Below the pieces are notes generated by a model, which made no database searches, was not told the origin of the DNA, and saw nothing but the letters and a program-made list of their open reading frames with translations. From Novilysobacter viscosus (GTDB taxonomy: Bacteria > Pseudomonadota > Gammaproteobacteria > Xanthomonadales > Xanthomonadaceae), in the NCBI RefSeq assembly GCF_046600715.1, contig NZ_JBJMAV010000001.1, forward strand, positions 149,980 to 213,979: a DNA stretch of 64,000 bases. The letters are read 5' to 3'. A program made the translations under genes and the position numbers. Each line of letters starts with the position of its first letter. Positions within the stretch are counted from its first letter, which is position 1. Positions 45,581-56,495 of the stretch are shown piece by piece.

Positions 45581-46714
45581 CTACAGCGATTCCAGGAAGT
45601 CGCGCACCGCCGGCCCGAACCGGGCGATGTCGACCAGGAACGCGTCGTGCCCCTGTGGCGACTCCAGCGGCAGGAACCGGGCGTCGGCCCCGCCATCGCG
45701 CAGGCCGTCGGCAATCTCCTGCTGTTGTTGCAGCGGAAACAGGATGTCCGTGTGCACGCCGATCGCCAGGGCTTTCTCGATGCCGATCTTCGCCAGCCCG
45801 GCCCGCGTCTGGCCTTCGCTGGGTCCACCGCGGCGCTCGCAGTAGTCGCCCACGTCGAACCAGTCCATCGAGCGGCTCAGGTAGAGGTAGCAGTTGGGGT
45901 CGAAGCGGCGTACGAACCGCCGCGCATGGGCTTCAAGGTAGCTCTCGACCTCGAACTCCAGCCCGAACGGGTCGTCGTCGGCGCGGTCCGAGTCCAGGCG
46001 GACGCGGCCGAAGCGGCCGTCCCACTCCAGCGCCGAACGGTAGGTAATCACGCCCAGCTTGCGCGCCATCCGCATGCCCGATTCGGGATAGTGGTCGTCG
46101 TCGTAGTCGCCGCCGTTCCACAGCGGGTCCAGGCGGATCGCTTCGCGTTGCAGCGAGCGGATGGCAATGGAGAAGGGCAACGCGCGCGCGGCGCCGGAGA
46201 TGTTGACGTGGCTGCGGGCGATGCCCGGGTGCCGCACGAGCAGGGCTAGTGCGGTCATGCCGCCCATCGAGTTGCCGATGACGCAGGCGAGGCGGTCGAT
46301 GCCCAGTTCGCGAAGCACGTGCAGCGCGGCTTCGGCGCCGTCCTCGATCGAGAGTTCGGGGAAAGCCAGCCGATAGGGCGTCCCGGTGCGCGGGTCGATG
46401 GATGCCGGGCCGGTCGACCCCTTGCAGCTGCCAAGCGAATTGACGCACACCACGAACCAGCGGTCGCTGTCGATCGGCTTGCCCGGGCCCAGCATCTCCT
46501 CCCACCAGCCCGGCTCGGGATTGGCCCGGTTGGCGGCGGCATGCGCGTCCGGCGACAGGCCGGTCAGAACCAGCACCGCGTTGTCGCGGGCGGCATTGAG
46601 CGTGCCCCAGGTTTCGTACGCCACCCGCGCGCCGTGCAGTGCGTCGCCGCGCCGCATCGGGAACGGATCGGGCAGGGCGATGAAGCGGGTGCCGGGGGGA
46701 ATGAATTCGGTCAT
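45581..46714 (-). CDS. metX: homoserine O-acyltransferase
   Basis: alpha/beta hydrolase with nucleophile elbow GNSMGG. MetX family, 378 aa, start MTEFIPPG. Confidence 0.8.
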   Translation of the reverse strand: MTEFIPPGTRFIALPDPFPMRRGDALHGARVAYETWGTLNAARDNAVLVLTGLSPDAHAAANRANPEPGWWEEMLGPGKPIDSDRWFVVCVNSLGSCKGSTGPASIDPRTGTPYRLAFPELSIEDGAEAALHVLRELGIDRLACVIGNSMGGMTALALLVRHPGIARSHVNISGAARALPFSIAIRSLQREAIRLDPLWNGGDYDDDHYPESGMRMARKLGVITYRSALEWDGRFGRVRLDSDRADDDPFGLEFEVESYLEAHARRFVRRFDPNCYLYLSRSMDWFDVGDYCERRGGPSEGQTRAGLAKIGIEKALAIGVHTDILFPLQQQQEIADGLRDGGADARFLPLESPQGHDAFLVDIARFGPAVRDFLESL

Positions 46715-46835
46715 GCCGGAGCGGGTCCTTTCGTGCGGCGGGGCGGGTAGAGCCCCGTGCATTGTGCAGGCAAGCCGCCCCCCGGTCCCGGTGCACGCGG
46801 CACCGCCGCGCGGCAAGGCTGCCGGGTGCGTCCGA

Positions 46836-47855
46836 TCAGCGCACCACCTGGTCGATCAGCAGCGCGGCACGGGCATCGGTGCCGGGCCGGGCGCGCACGG
46901 GGACGGAGGTGAAGTCGCCCGGTCGCGGGGTGGCGTCGCCGCTGGCCGAGATACGTGCCACCAGTTCCACCGTGTCGAGCTCGGACAGCTTGAGGGTCGG
47001 CATCAGGCTGTCGCGGTCGTCCAGCGTCACCACGGTGGGCAGCGCGGATACCGGCAGGCGCTCGACGGCGACGGGCATGGGCGAGCCGTCGGGCTGGCGG
47101 GCGATCACGAAGACCGTCGCGCCTTCCGGCAGGCGCATCACCAGTTGGGGATCCAGCGACACGCTGACGGTGACCCCCGGTCCGGGCGCCTGCCCGGGTA
47201 CCGGCGTGGCCGCTGCCGGGAGCGGCGGCAGGCCGGCCTGGGCGCGGGCAAGGTCGATCTGCTCGCGCAACGGCCCGGCGGTGCTGGCATCGACCGCGCC
47301 CAGCAGCGGCGACCACGTGGCCGCGGCCTGCGCGTGCTGGCCGCGCTGGCGCTGGGCGATGCCGAGGAACCAGCGGCTGCGCTGGTGCATGGGTTGCACC
47401 TGCAGCGCTCGCTGCAGCATGTCCACGGCGGCGTCGTCGAAGCGGCGGTCCGGCTGCGCCAGGGCCCTGGATTCGGCGGCTTCGGCCAGCAGGTCGGCGT
47501 CATCCGGTGCCAGTTCCACCGCCTTGCTGAAGGCGTCGCGCGCATCGACCATGCGTGCCTCGGCCGCGTAGGCCCGCGCCAGCAGGCGCCAACCTTCCGG
47601 CTGGCGGGGATCTCGCTCGAGCGCGGCCTCCAGCCCGGCGATGGCTTCCGGCAGCGTCTCGGGCGGGCGGCGGTTGGCGGGATCCAGCGCGTCGGGATTG
47701 CCGACCGCCAGGTACAGCGCCCCGGCCAGGACCGCCATCGTCGCCACCGCAACCGCGCCGGGCACGGGTGCCTGTCGCCACAGCGGCGTGGTCGCCCACG
47801 CCAGCGCGGCCAGCGCCAGCACGACGGCCAGGATCACGAAGGTGGCCATCACCAT
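46836..47855 (-). CDS. ccmI: cytochrome c maturation protein CcmI (CycH), TPR
   Basis: N-terminal TM then TPR-like helices. Last gene of the ccm operon. Start MVMATF or the M two codons later overlaps the ccmH stop. Confidence 0.65.
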   Translation of the reverse strand: MVMATFVILAVVLALAALAWATTPLWRQAPVPGAVAVATMAVLAGALYLAVGNPDALDPANRRPPETLPEAIAGLEAALERDPRQPEGWRLLARAYAAEARMVDARDAFSKAVELAPDDADLLAEAAESRALAQPDRRFDDAAVDMLQRALQVQPMHQRSRWFLGIAQRQRGQHAQAAATWSPLLGAVDASTAGPLREQIDLARAQAGLPPLPAAATPVPGQAPGPGVTVSVSLDPQLVMRLPEGATVFVIARQPDGSPMPVAVERLPVSALPTVVTLDDRDSLMPTLKLSELDTVELVARISASGDATPRPGDFTSVPVRARPGTDARAALLIDQVVR

Positions 47856-48328
47856 TCCTGTCCCTCGTCTTCGGGTACCGGACGCGCGCCGCGCCTGCGT
47901 ACCGCCACCGCCACGGCTGCGCCGCCCGCCAGCAGAACCAGCAGGGGCGCGATCCACAACAGCCACGTATTGGCCTGGAATGCGGGCCGGTACAGCACGA
48001 ACTCGCCGTAACGCGCCACCAGGAAGTCCTTGATTTCGTCGTCGCTGCGCCCCGACTGCATCAGTTCGAGCACTTCGCGCCGCAGGTCGTGTGCGATCTG
48101 CGCGTCGGAGTCGGCCAGCGACTGGTTCTGGCACATCACGCAGCGAAGTTCGGCGACCAGCGCGTGGAAGCGGCGTTCCTCGACGGTGTCGGTGAACTGC
48201 AGGGGCGCCGGGTCGCTGCCGGCCTGCGCGCGCACTGGCAGCGGCGCCAGGACCACCGCCACCAGCACCCACAGCGCCAGCGTTGCCAGCAGCGCGACGC
48301 GAAGGCGGGCGATGGCGGGCGCGCCGGT
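47849..48328 (-). CDS. ccmH: cytochrome c maturation protein CcmH
   Basis: LRCVMCQNQSL CxxC motif, signal peptide and C-terminal TM. GTG start overlaps the ccmG stop. Confidence 0.75.
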   Translation of the reverse strand, partial: TGAPAIARLRVALLATLALWVLVAVVLAPLPVRAQAGSDPAPLQFTDTVEERRFHALVAELRCVMCQNQSLADSDAQIAHDLRREVLELMQSGRSDDEIKDFLVARYGEFVLYRPAFQANTWLLWIAPLLVLLAGGAAVAVAVRRRGARPVPEDEGQEW

Positions 48329-48912
48329 CACAGCGCCTGCTCCGTGGGAATGCGCTCGACGGCCGCCAGCGCAGGCAACAGCTCCTCGCGGATGATGTCG
48401 TCGCTCACCGTACCCACGTACTTCCAGCGCACCACGCCGTTGGCGTCGACCAGGAAGGTCTCCGGCGCGCCGTAGATGCCCCAGTCGATGGCGGCCCGGC
48501 CTTCCAGGTCGACCAGCACCATCCAGTAGGGATTGCCGAACCGCTCGAGCCAGCGCAGCGCGTCGGCGGGCTCGTCCTTGAGGTTGTAGCCGATCACGCG
48601 CACGCGCTTGGTCTCGGCGAAACGCGTGAGCACCGGATGCTCGACGCGGCACTCGGGGCACCAGCTGCCCCACACGTTGAGCAGGTAGGGTGCGCCGCGC
48701 AGCTCCTGGCCGGTCACGGTGCGGGCCGGGTCGTGCAGCAGGGGCAGCGCGAAGTCCGGCGCAGGGCGGTCGATGAGGGCCGAAGGCAGCGCATCGCGGC
48801 CGGGGTCGCGGCTCATCCAGACGCCTGCGGCCAGCAGCACGCCCAGCGCGGCGACCACCACCAGGGGCAGCCAGCGCGCGAGCGAGGGGCGGGCAGCGCG
48901 GGGCTCGGTCAT
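48328..48912 (-). CDS. ccmG: thiol:disulfide oxidoreductase CcmG/DsbE
   Basis: WCPEC thioredoxin motif, N-terminal anchor. 194 aa. Confidence 0.85.
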   Translation of the reverse strand: MTEPRAARPSLARWLPLVVVAALGVLLAAGVWMSRDPGRDALPSALIDRPAPDFALPLLHDPARTVTGQELRGAPYLLNVWGSWCPECRVEHPVLTRFAETKRVRVIGYNLKDEPADALRWLERFGNPYWMVLVDLEGRAAIDWGIYGAPETFLVDANGVVRWKYVGTVSDDIIREELLPALAAVERIPTEQAL

Positions 48913-50843
48913 GGCGTGGGCTCTGGACGGGGGGTGATGGGCTTGCGGAAGCGGCGATCGGTGGCGGTGATGAACCCGCCCAGCATCATCAGCAGCGCGC
49001 CCGCCCAGATCCAGCGGACGTACGGCTTGACGTGCACCCGCAGTGCCCAGGCGCCGTCACCGAGGGGTTCGCCCAGGGCGACGTACAGGTCGCGGGTGAC
49101 GCCCGGGACCAGCGCGGCCTCGGTCATGATCTGGCCACCGGCGACGTAGGCGCGCTTCTCCGGATGCATGACCGCGATGCGGGTCTCGCCGTCGAACACG
49201 GTGACGGTGCCGCGGTCGGCCAGGAAGTTCGGGCCCTGGTACGTGTCCACGCCATCGAAGCGGAAACGGTAGTCGCCCAGGGTGACCTGGTTACCCGGCG
49301 CCACCGCGACTTCACGCTGGCGGTTGAGCCCTTCGGTCAGCAGCGCGCCCACCAGGAATACCGCCACGCCCAGGTGCGCGAGCACCATGCCGACCATCTC
49401 CGGGGTGAAGCGGCCTTTGGCGCGCACACGCGTCCACACGAAGTGCAACGTGCCGCCCGCTACCCAGGCCGCGCCGAAGATGCCCGCGGCCACCTTCCAC
49501 GGGCCCTGTGGTGCCAGGAAGAACGCCGCGGCGCCGGCGATCAGCGCCACCACGAACCAGGGCGCGAGCATCGCCACCAGCCGGGAGGGCTGCTCGCGTT
49601 GCCAGCGCGTGAGCGGGCCGAACGGCAGCAACAGCACCAGGGGGGCCATCAGCAGGATGAACATCAGCGCGAAATACGGCGGGCCCACCGAGATCTTGCC
49701 CAGTCCCAGCGCATCGGCCAGCAACGGGTAGAGCGTGCCGATCAGCACCATCGCGCAGGCCGTGGCCAGCAGCAGGTTGTTGGCCAGCAACAGGGTTTCC
49801 CGCGAGGCCGGTGCGAACGGCTTGCCGTCGTCCAGAGCGGTGGGCGCGCGCAAGGCGTAGAGCAACAGCGAGCCGCCGATGACCAGGCCCAGGAACACCA
49901 GGATGAACAGGCCGCGCGAGGGGTCGGCGGCGAAGCTGTGCACGCTGGTCAGCACCCCCGAACGCACCAGGAAGGCACCCAGCAGCGACAGCGAGAACGT
50001 GGCGATCGCCAACAGCAGGGTCCAGCTGCGGAACGAGCCGCGCTTTTCGGTGACGGCCTGGGAATGGATCAGCGCGGCGCCGGCCAGCCACGGCATGAAG
50101 CTGGCGTTCTCGACCGGGTCCCAGAACCACCAGCCGCCCCAGCCCAGCTCGTAGTACGCCCACCAGCTGCCCAGCATGATGCCCAGGGTCAGGAAGCCCC
50201 ACGCGATGTTGGTCCACGGCCGCGTCCAGCGCAGCCAGCGCACGTCCACGCGTCCATCGAGCAGCGCGGCGATGGCGAAGGCGAACGACACCGCGAACCC
50301 CACGTAGCCGAAGTACAGCATCGGCGGGTGGATGATCATCCCCGGGTCCTGCAACAACGGGTTGAGGTCGCGACCCTCCACCGCTGCCGGCAACAGCCGC
50401 GCGAAGGGGTTGCTGGTGAAGATGAGGAACGCCAGGAAGCCGGTCGCCACGATGCCCATCACGCCCAGCACCCGGGCGATGACGGTGGCCGGGAGCGCAC
50501 GCGAGAAGCGCGCGACCGCCGCGGTCCACAGCGCGATCACCAGCGTCCACAGCAGCAGCGAGCCTTCGTGCGAGCCCCAGACCGCGGTGATCCGGTAAAG
50601 CGTCGGTAGCAGGGTGTTGCTGTGCTGGGTGACGTAGCGGACCGAGAAATCCTGCGTGACGAAGGCGTGCGTCAGCAGGCCGTAGGCGACCGCGACCAGC
50701 GCCAGCTGCGCGTACGCCGCCGGCCGCGCCACCGCCATCCAGCCGGCCACGCCGCGGTGCGCGCCGGCCAGTGGCAGCACCGCCTGCAACAGGGCCACCA
50801 GCAGCGCCAGGACCAGTGCGACCTGGCCGAGTTCAGGAAGCAT
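48909..50843 (-). CDS. ccmF: heme lyase subunit CcmF
   Basis: 644 aa, about 15 TM, WWD domain (WGGWWFWDPVEN). Confidence 0.9.
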   Translation of the reverse strand: MLPELGQVALVLALLVALLQAVLPLAGAHRGVAGWMAVARPAAYAQLALVAVAYGLLTHAFVTQDFSVRYVTQHSNTLLPTLYRITAVWGSHEGSLLLWTLVIALWTAAVARFSRALPATVIARVLGVMGIVATGFLAFLIFTSNPFARLLPAAVEGRDLNPLLQDPGMIIHPPMLYFGYVGFAVSFAFAIAALLDGRVDVRWLRWTRPWTNIAWGFLTLGIMLGSWWAYYELGWGGWWFWDPVENASFMPWLAGAALIHSQAVTEKRGSFRSWTLLLAIATFSLSLLGAFLVRSGVLTSVHSFAADPSRGLFILVFLGLVIGGSLLLYALRAPTALDDGKPFAPASRETLLLANNLLLATACAMVLIGTLYPLLADALGLGKISVGPPYFALMFILLMAPLVLLLPFGPLTRWQREQPSRLVAMLAPWFVVALIAGAAAFFLAPQGPWKVAAGIFGAAWVAGGTLHFVWTRVRAKGRFTPEMVGMVLAHLGVAVFLVGALLTEGLNRQREVAVAPGNQVTLGDYRFRFDGVDTYQGPNFLADRGTVTVFDGETRIAVMHPEKRAYVAGGQIMTEAALVPGVTRDLYVALGEPLGDGAWALRVHVKPYVRWIWAGALLMMLGGFITATDRRFRKPITPRPEPTP

Positions 50844-50894
50844 CGGCAGGGGACCCCTGGAGCGCGCCGCGCAAGCACCGCATGCGAGCGCCCA

Positions 50895-51389
50895 TCAGTA
50901 CCCGGCCCCATCCGCCGCCGCGTCGGTCGCAGGCGCGTCCACGTCGTGCTTGCGGTGGGCCTCGCCCATCTTGTCCGCCACTTCCTTGGGCATGTAGTTC
51001 TCGTCGTGCTTGGCCAGCAGTTCCTCGGCGACGAAGGTGTCGCCCTGCATGCGGCCGGTAGCGACCACGGCCTGGTCCTCGCGGAACAGGTCGGGGAGGA
51101 TGCCGGTATAGGACACAGGCATTTCCGCATCGCCGTCGGTCACACGGAAGCGCGCCTCCATCGATCCCACCGGGCGCTGGAACGAATCCTTGGCGACCAT
51201 GCCGCCCAGGCGGAAGCGCGCGGTGCCGTCGCTGACCTGCGCGCCGGCCTCGCCGGTCAGCACTTCGTTCGGGGTGTACAGGTAGGCGACGTTGCGCTGC
51301 AGCGCCATCGCCACCAGGCCCGCGGCAATACCGGCAGCGGCGACCAGGGCAAGTATCAGGAGCAGTCGGCGGCGGCGGATCGGGTTCAT
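50895..51389 (-). CDS. ccmE: heme chaperone CcmE
   Basis: Start [15 protein letters not shown]-fold. 164 aa. The upstream ORF extension was rejected. Confidence 0.8.
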   Translation of the reverse strand: MNPIRRRRLLLILALVAAAGIAAGLVAMALQRNVAYLYTPNEVLTGEAGAQVSDGTARFRLGGMVAKDSFQRPVGSMEARFRVTDGDAEMPVSYTGILPDLFREDQAVVATGRMQGDTFVAEELLAKHDENYMPKEVADKMGEAHRKHDVDAPATDAAADGAGY

Positions 51390-51556
51390 CGGGTCAACTC
51401 GGGGGGGTGGGGGCCGCGGCGCGGGGCGGTGCGGGCGGCACGCAGCAGCGCGGCGCGACGGGCACGGCGGATCTGCAGGTGGGGGACGATCAACTCGTAG
51501 GCCATGACCAGCACGAACACTACGTAGGCGGCGACCACGTATTCCAGGTAGGTCAT
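51386..51556 (-). CDS. ccmD: heme exporter protein CcmD
   Basis: 56 aa single-TM peptide [24 protein letters not shown], coupled between ccmC and ccmE. Confidence 0.6.
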   Translation of the reverse strand: MTYLEYVVAAYVVFVLVMAYELIVPHLQIRRARRAALLRAARTAPRRGPHPPELTR

Positions 51557-52302
51557 CGCGGTGTCCCTGCGGGTTCCACGACCCACGCCTTGCCCGCTTC
51601 GCGCTGCAGGTTGTCGGCGCGCGATCGTGCCAGCAGGGCGCCGATGAACCACAGTTTGGTTCCCACCACCATCCAGGCAAGCGGCCACACCATGCTGGCG
51701 TCCATCGAGGACTCGCCGAACATCCGGATCGTCTGGCCCTGGTGCAGCGAGTTCCACCACACCACCGAGTAGCGGATCACCGGCAGCAGCACCACGCCCA
51801 CGATCGCCAGCAAGCCGGCGGCGCGCGCGGCGGCGCGGCGGTCGTCGATGGCGTTGTAGAGACCGATCACGCCCAGGTAGAGGAACAGCAGGATCAGCTC
51901 CGTGGTCAGGCGCGGGTCCCAGTCCCACCACGTGCCCCACATCGGCTTGCCCCAGATGGAGCCGGTGGCAAGCGTGATGAGAGTGAACCCGGCACCGATC
52001 GGTGCACACGCCATGGCCAGTATCTCGCAGAGCTTGATCCGCCAGACCAGCGCGATCGCTGCATACACTGCCATCAGCGCGAACACCGCCATGCTCATCC
52101 ATGCGCTGGGCACGTGGATGTAGAGGATGCGGAAGCTGTCACCCTGCTGGTAGTCCGCCGGCACCACCCACAGCGCCCCGTACACGCCGACCGCCATCGC
52201 GAGGAAGCCCAGGCCGTAGGCCCAGGGCGCCCAGCGCGCGGCGAAGCGGTCGAAGTAGGGAGGCGATCCGAGTTTGTGGAACCAGCGGACGATTGGATTC
52301 AT
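51553..52302 (-). CDS. ccmC: heme exporter protein CcmC
   Basis: WWD motif ([11 protein letters not shown]), 6 TM, 249 aa. Confidence 0.9.
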   Translation of the reverse strand: MNPIVRWFHKLGSPPYFDRFAARWAPWAYGLGFLAMAVGVYGALWVVPADYQQGDSFRILYIHVPSAWMSMAVFALMAVYAAIALVWRIKLCEILAMACAPIGAGFTLITLATGSIWGKPMWGTWWDWDPRLTTELILLFLYLGVIGLYNAIDDRRAAARAAGLLAIVGVVLLPVIRYSVVWWNSLHQGQTIRMFGESSMDASMVWPLAWMVVGTKLWFIGALLARSRADNLQREAGKAWVVEPAGTPR

Positions 52303-52378
52303 TGCTCTTCGCCCCCTCCCGTGCGGGGCAGGGGAGGGTTGGTGAGGGGGGCCCGTGTCCGACCGCGCGCAGCGGCCA

Positions 52379-53065
52379 TCAGTTCAGCGCGATCCGGATC
52401 GCGGCGGCCGCCGCCAGTGGTGCCAGCACCAGTGCCAGCACCAGCCCGGCTGCAAGCAGCAGCAACGCACCGGTGGGGTCCAATCCCTGCGCCGAGGCCG
52501 CCACGCTGCCGGCCCCGAACACCAGGACCGGGACGTACAGGGGCAGCGCCAGCAGGGCAACGAGTATACCGGAGCGCCGCATCCCGACCGTCAGCGCGGC
52601 CACCACCGAGCCCAGCAGGCTGAGCAGGGGCGTGCCCAGTGCCAGGCCGGCCAGCAGCAGCCCCAGCTGGTCGCGGGGCAGGTACAGCAACTCGCCCAGG
52701 ACCGGGGTGGCAACCAGCAGCGGCAGCGAGGTGCTGGCCCAGTGCATGAAGGTCCGCACGGCCACCAGCCATGCGAGGGGTACCGGCGCCAGCATCCACT
52801 GCTCCAGCGAGCCGTCCTCCGCATCGCCCCGGAACAGGGTATCCAGCGACAGCAGCCCGGCCAGCAGCACCGCGACCCACAGCACCGCGCCCGCCGACGG
52901 GGCCAGCGCCTCGCGCTCCCCACCCAGTGCCAGCGCGAACAGCACCACCACCAGCAAGGCGAACAGCGCCGGCTGCATCGCATCGCCCCGGCGGCGCCAC
53001 AGCAGCCGGGCGTCACGGGCCACCAGCGCGCGGGCGGTGGAGAGGAGCGTGGGCGCGGCGCTCAT
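52379..53065 (-). CDS. ccmB: heme exporter permease CcmB
   Basis: 228 aa, 6-TM ABC permease of the CcmB family. Confidence 0.85.
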   Translation of the reverse strand: MSAAPTLLSTARALVARDARLLWRRRGDAMQPALFALLVVVLFALALGGEREALAPSAGAVLWVAVLLAGLLSLDTLFRGDAEDGSLEQWMLAPVPLAWLVAVRTFMHWASTSLPLLVATPVLGELLYLPRDQLGLLLAGLALGTPLLSLLGSVVAALTVGMRRSGILVALLALPLYVPVLVFGAGSVAASAQGLDPTGALLLLAAGLVLALVLAPLAAAAAIRIALN

Positions 53066-53706
53066 GACCGCTTCTCCAGCACCAGCGTCCGGGTCCGTAC
53101 CGGCGGTGCCGCGTACGCCCCGTGCGTGGTCACCAGCGCCGCGCCGCCGGCACGGAGCTGGGCCTGCACCATCCGGTTGACCAGTTCGATGCCGTCAAGG
53201 TCCAGGTTGGCGTAGGGCTCGTCCAGCAGCCACATCGGTGCCGGGGACAGCCACAGCCTCGCCAGTCCAAGGCGCTTCTTCTGGCCGGCCGAAAGCTGCC
53301 GCAGCAACGCGTCCCCATAGCCGGCCAGGCCGACCATCGCCAGTGCGTTCTCGGGCAACTGGGCGCGCCGCCGTCCGTGCAGGCCGCACTGGAAGTCGAG
53401 GTTCTCCATGACGCTGAGGTCGGCCTTCAGTCCGGGCAGGTGCCCCAGGTAGGCCATGGCGCTGGCGCGGCGCGCCGGGCGGGCAGGCTCGCCGTCGATA
53501 TCGACCGTGCCGCCATCGGCGCGCAGCAGGCCGACCAGGACCCGCAGCAAGGTGGTCTTGCCGGCCCCGTTGTCGCCCTGCACCAGCAGCGCCTCACCGG
53601 CGTCCACGGAGAAATCCAATGGGCCGAAGACCGGCAGGTCGTTGCGCGAATAGCGCAGGCCGTTGACGTGCAGCAGGGGTGGCGCGGGATGGTCGGGGGT
53701 CGGCAA
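53062..53706 (-). CDS. ccmA: heme exporter ATPase CcmA
   Basis: Walker [13 protein letters not shown] signature LSAGQKKRL, Walker B LWLLDEP. Confidence 0.85.
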   Translation of the reverse strand: MPTPDHPAPPLLHVNGLRYSRNDLPVFGPLDFSVDAGEALLVQGDNGAGKTTLLRVLVGLLRADGGTVDIDGEPARPARRASAMAYLGHLPGLKADLSVMENLDFQCGLHGRRRAQLPENALAMVGLAGYGDALLRQLSAGQKKRLGLARLWLSPAPMWLLDEPYANLDLDGIELVNRMVQAQLRAGGAALVTTHGAYAAPPVRTRTLVLEKRS

Positions 53707-53789
53707 CGGGCGCGGCCAGTCAACTGGGGGCCGGCAATTCTACCGGGCCACCTTCCGCCCGGCGGTCGACCCGCGTGACTCGTGTCGGG

Positions 53790-54260
53790 TCATTCGACCC
53801 AGTCGACGTGGGGCGCCATCGGGGCGCCTTGCGGACGATGCAGCAGCATCTGCAGGCGCACCGGCTGGCCGCGATCCCAAGACAGGATGCCGGCCTGCCC
53901 GAACTCCTGCGCCAGGGTCGAGCTCGCGCAGTCGTCCAGTCCCGCGACCAGCCAGCCCGGTTCGCGCCAGTCGCCCTGCGCGCCCTGCGACCAGGCGGCG
54001 TGGCGCTGCAGCCCGGCCGCGTCGAGCCGGGTTACAAGCAACGCATCGGCGGTGTCGTTGGCGGCATCGGAGTGGACTTCCGACGCCGGGTTCCAGGCGG
54101 TGATGAAGACATAGCGTTCGGCCGGCCAGTACGCCTCCAGGTCGGACGCCACCTGCCCAACGGCCAGGGGCAAGGTGTCGCCATCGATCATCACGCAGTA
54201 GCGGGCGCCGGCATACGCCGCCGCCAGGCCTGCGGCATCAACCACGGTGAGCGTGCGCAT
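53790..54260 (-). CDS. DUF3293-like hypothetical protein
   Basis: 156-aa internal ORF MRTLTVVDAAG...; the rest of the 622-aa ORF is antisense junk. Confidence 0.45.
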   Translation of the reverse strand: MRTLTVVDAAGLAAAYAGARYCVMIDGDTLPLAVGQVASDLEAYWPAERYVFITAWNPASEVHSDAANDTADALLVTRLDAAGLQRHAAWSQGAQGDWREPGWLVAGLDDCASSTLAQEFGQAGILSWDRGQPVRLQMLLHRPQGAPMAPHVDWVE

Positions 54261-54440
54261 GGGGCGAGTGTCCAGCGTGGGCGATCGGGTTGCAAACGCG
54301 GAAGGCACTGTCGTCCCCACCCTGGGCAGGGTGGGACGGCGCGTTCCCTGGGCATCGGCACTGCATCCCGACCGTTTCGCACGCCGCCATCGCCGGGTTT
54401 CGTAGACTCGGCGGCCGTTTCGCTTCATCGAGCCGCCGCC

Positions 54441-55598
54441 ATGCCCGTGCCCGCCCCCGCGACCAAACTTCCCAACGTCGGCACCACGATCTTCACCGTG
54501 ATGTCGCAGCTCGCCGCCGAACACGGCGCAGTCAACCTGGGGCAGGGGTTCCCCGACTTCGACGTGCCCGAACGGCTGGTGCAGGCGCTGGGGCGCGCCA
54601 TGCGCGAAGGCAGGAACCAGTACGCGCCGATGACCGGCCTGCCGGTGCTGCGCGAGGCGATCGCAGCCAAGACCGAGCGTTGCTACGGCCATCGCCCCGA
54701 CCCGGATGCCGAGATCACCGTGACCTCGGGCGCCAGCGAGGCCATCTTCGATGCGGTACACGCCGTGGTGCGGCCCGGCGACGAGGTGATCGTGCTGGAC
54801 CCCTGCTACGACTGCTACGAACCGGCCATCGACCTGGCCGGTGGCCACGCGGTGCACGTGCCGCTGGACCCGGCGCACTTCCGCGCCGACTGGGACCGCA
54901 TCCGTGCGGCGGTCACTGCGAATACGCGGATGATCATCACCAACACCCCGCACAACCCGTCGGGCGCGATGTTCAGCGGCGACGACATCGCGCAGTTGGC
55001 CGCGTTGCTGCACGACACCGGCATCTACCTGCTGTCGGACGAGGTGTACGAGCACATCGTGTTCGATGGCGCGCGCCACGAGTCGGCCCTGCGCTACCCG
55101 GCCCTGCGCGAGCGCGCATTCGTGGTGTCCAGCTTCGGCAAGACCTACCACTGCACCGGCTGGAAGGTCGGCTACTGCATCGCGCCGCCGGCGCTGTCGG
55201 CTGAACTGCGCAAGGTCCACCAGTACAACACCTTCTGTACCTTCACCCCGGCGCAGGCGGCGTTCGCCGAGATGATCGAGGCCGAGCCGGCGCATTACGA
55301 AGGACTGGGCGCGTTCTACCAGGCCAAGCGCGACCGGTTCCAGGAGCAGTTGCTGGATACGCGGCTGAAGTCGCTGGAGGTGCCCGGTGGCTACTTCCAG
55401 CTGGTCGACTACTCGGCGGTGAGCGACCTGGACGACGCCTCGTTCTGCCGCTGGCTGACGGTGGAGAAGGGCGTGTGCGCGATCCCGCTTTCGCCCTTCT
55501 ATGCCACGCCGCCGCGGCGACAGCACCTGGCCCGGCTGTGCTTCGCCAAGAACGAGGCGACGCTGGATGCTGCAATCGAGCGCCTGAAGGACCTTTGA
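54441..55598 (+). CDS. class I/II PLP aminotransferase (methionine aminotransferase YbdL-like)
   Basis: PLP-Lys motif SFGKTYHCTGWKVGY, NPSGAMFS block, 385 aa, clear ATG. Confidence 0.85.
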   Translation: MPVPAPATKLPNVGTTIFTVMSQLAAEHGAVNLGQGFPDFDVPERLVQALGRAMREGRNQYAPMTGLPVLREAIAAKTERCYGHRPDPDAEITVTSGASEAIFDAVHAVVRPGDEVIVLDPCYDCYEPAIDLAGGHAVHVPLDPAHFRADWDRIRAAVTANTRMIITNTPHNPSGAMFSGDDIAQLAALLHDTGIYLLSDEVYEHIVFDGARHESALRYPALRERAFVVSSFGKTYHCTGWKVGYCIAPPALSAELRKVHQYNTFCTFTPAQAAFAEMIEAEPAHYEGLGAFYQAKRDRFQEQLLDTRLKSLEVPGGYFQLVDYSAVSDLDDASFCRWLTVEKGVCAIPLSPFYATPPRRQHLARLCFAKNEATLDAAIERLKDL

Positions 55599-55708
55599 GC
55601 GCAATGATGGATGGAGCGCGCGCGGCCTGAACGGGACCCGGCGGCGATAACCCGGCATTCACCGCGGCGCGCCGATGCTGGCATGGTTTTCCGCCGTGGA
55701 GCAGCGCC

Positions 55709-56440
55709 ATGCACGCCAAGCAGATCGACACCCAGACCCCAGCGGCCTCGCGCCGGTTCCGGGCCCTACCCAAAGCGCTCGCGGCGTCCGCGTTGCTGCT
55801 TGCCCTGGGTGGCTGTGCCACCGGCATGGGCGGGCTGGGCGGGGCATACCCCGGTGGCTACGGCCAGGGCCAGAGTTATCCGGACCAGTACCGCGGCCAA
55901 TACGGCAGCCAGCGCCTGCTGGGCACCGTGCAGGGCGTGGATCCCCGCTACGGCCGGATCGTGCTGAGCACCGAAGGCCGCGGAGGGTATGGCGGTGGGC
56001 AGGTCGAGGTCATGTACGACCGCAATACCCAGCTGGTCTACCAGGGCCGGGTGCTGCCGGTCGACGGGCTGGAGCGTGGCGACCGCATCAGCGTGGACAC
56101 CGTGCGTTCGGGCAACCGCCTGGTCGCGCGCCGTATCGAGGTCGTCCACAACGTGCGCGACAGCCGTGGCGGCAGCTACTACGGTGGCGAACTCAACGGC
56201 GCGGTCGCGTTCGTCGATACGCGATCGCGCGTGATCGGCCTGACCCGCGGCGGCTACAGCGGCCGCGAGGAGCGCGTGTACTACGACGAGCGCACCGCCG
56301 TCGAGTACCGCGGCCAGTTCTACCGCCCCGATGAGCTCGAGCGTGGCGACGTGCTTCGCATCCAGGCCCGTCCCCGTGGCAACGACTGGGTCGCCGAGCG
56401 GATCTGGGTCGAAGTGAACGTCCGCGACCGCAGGCGCTGA
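55709..56440 (+). CDS. lipoprotein with internal tandem duplication
   Basis: Lipobox LLLALGGC. Gly/Tyr/Gln-rich linker, then two homologous modules (...LERGDRISVDTVRSGNRLVARRIEVVHNVRD / ...LERGDVLRIQARPRGNDWVAERIWVEVNVRD). Confidence 0.6.
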   Translation: MHAKQIDTQTPAASRRFRALPKALAASALLLALGGCATGMGGLGGAYPGGYGQGQSYPDQYRGQYGSQRLLGTVQGVDPRYGRIVLSTEGRGGYGGGQVEVMYDRNTQLVYQGRVLPVDGLERGDRISVDTVRSGNRLVARRIEVVHNVRDSRGGSYYGGELNGAVAFVDTRSRVIGLTRGGYSGREERVYYDERTAVEYRGQFYRPDELERGDVLRIQARPRGNDWVAERIWVEVNVRDRRR

Positions 56441-56495
56441 TCGCAGGCAGCCGGGCGGGGCGCGTCGAGGTGGCGCGCCCCGGTACAATGGCCGG

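Noticed and set aside
40016-46047. 921-aa and 957-aa plus-strand ORFs over norB, hemN and metX
   Set aside because: They are antisense to well-supported genes. No motifs.
53790-55658. 622-aa minus-strand ORF
   Set aside because: Only the last 156 codons (DUF3293-like) look protein-like. The rest is antisense to the aminotransferase.
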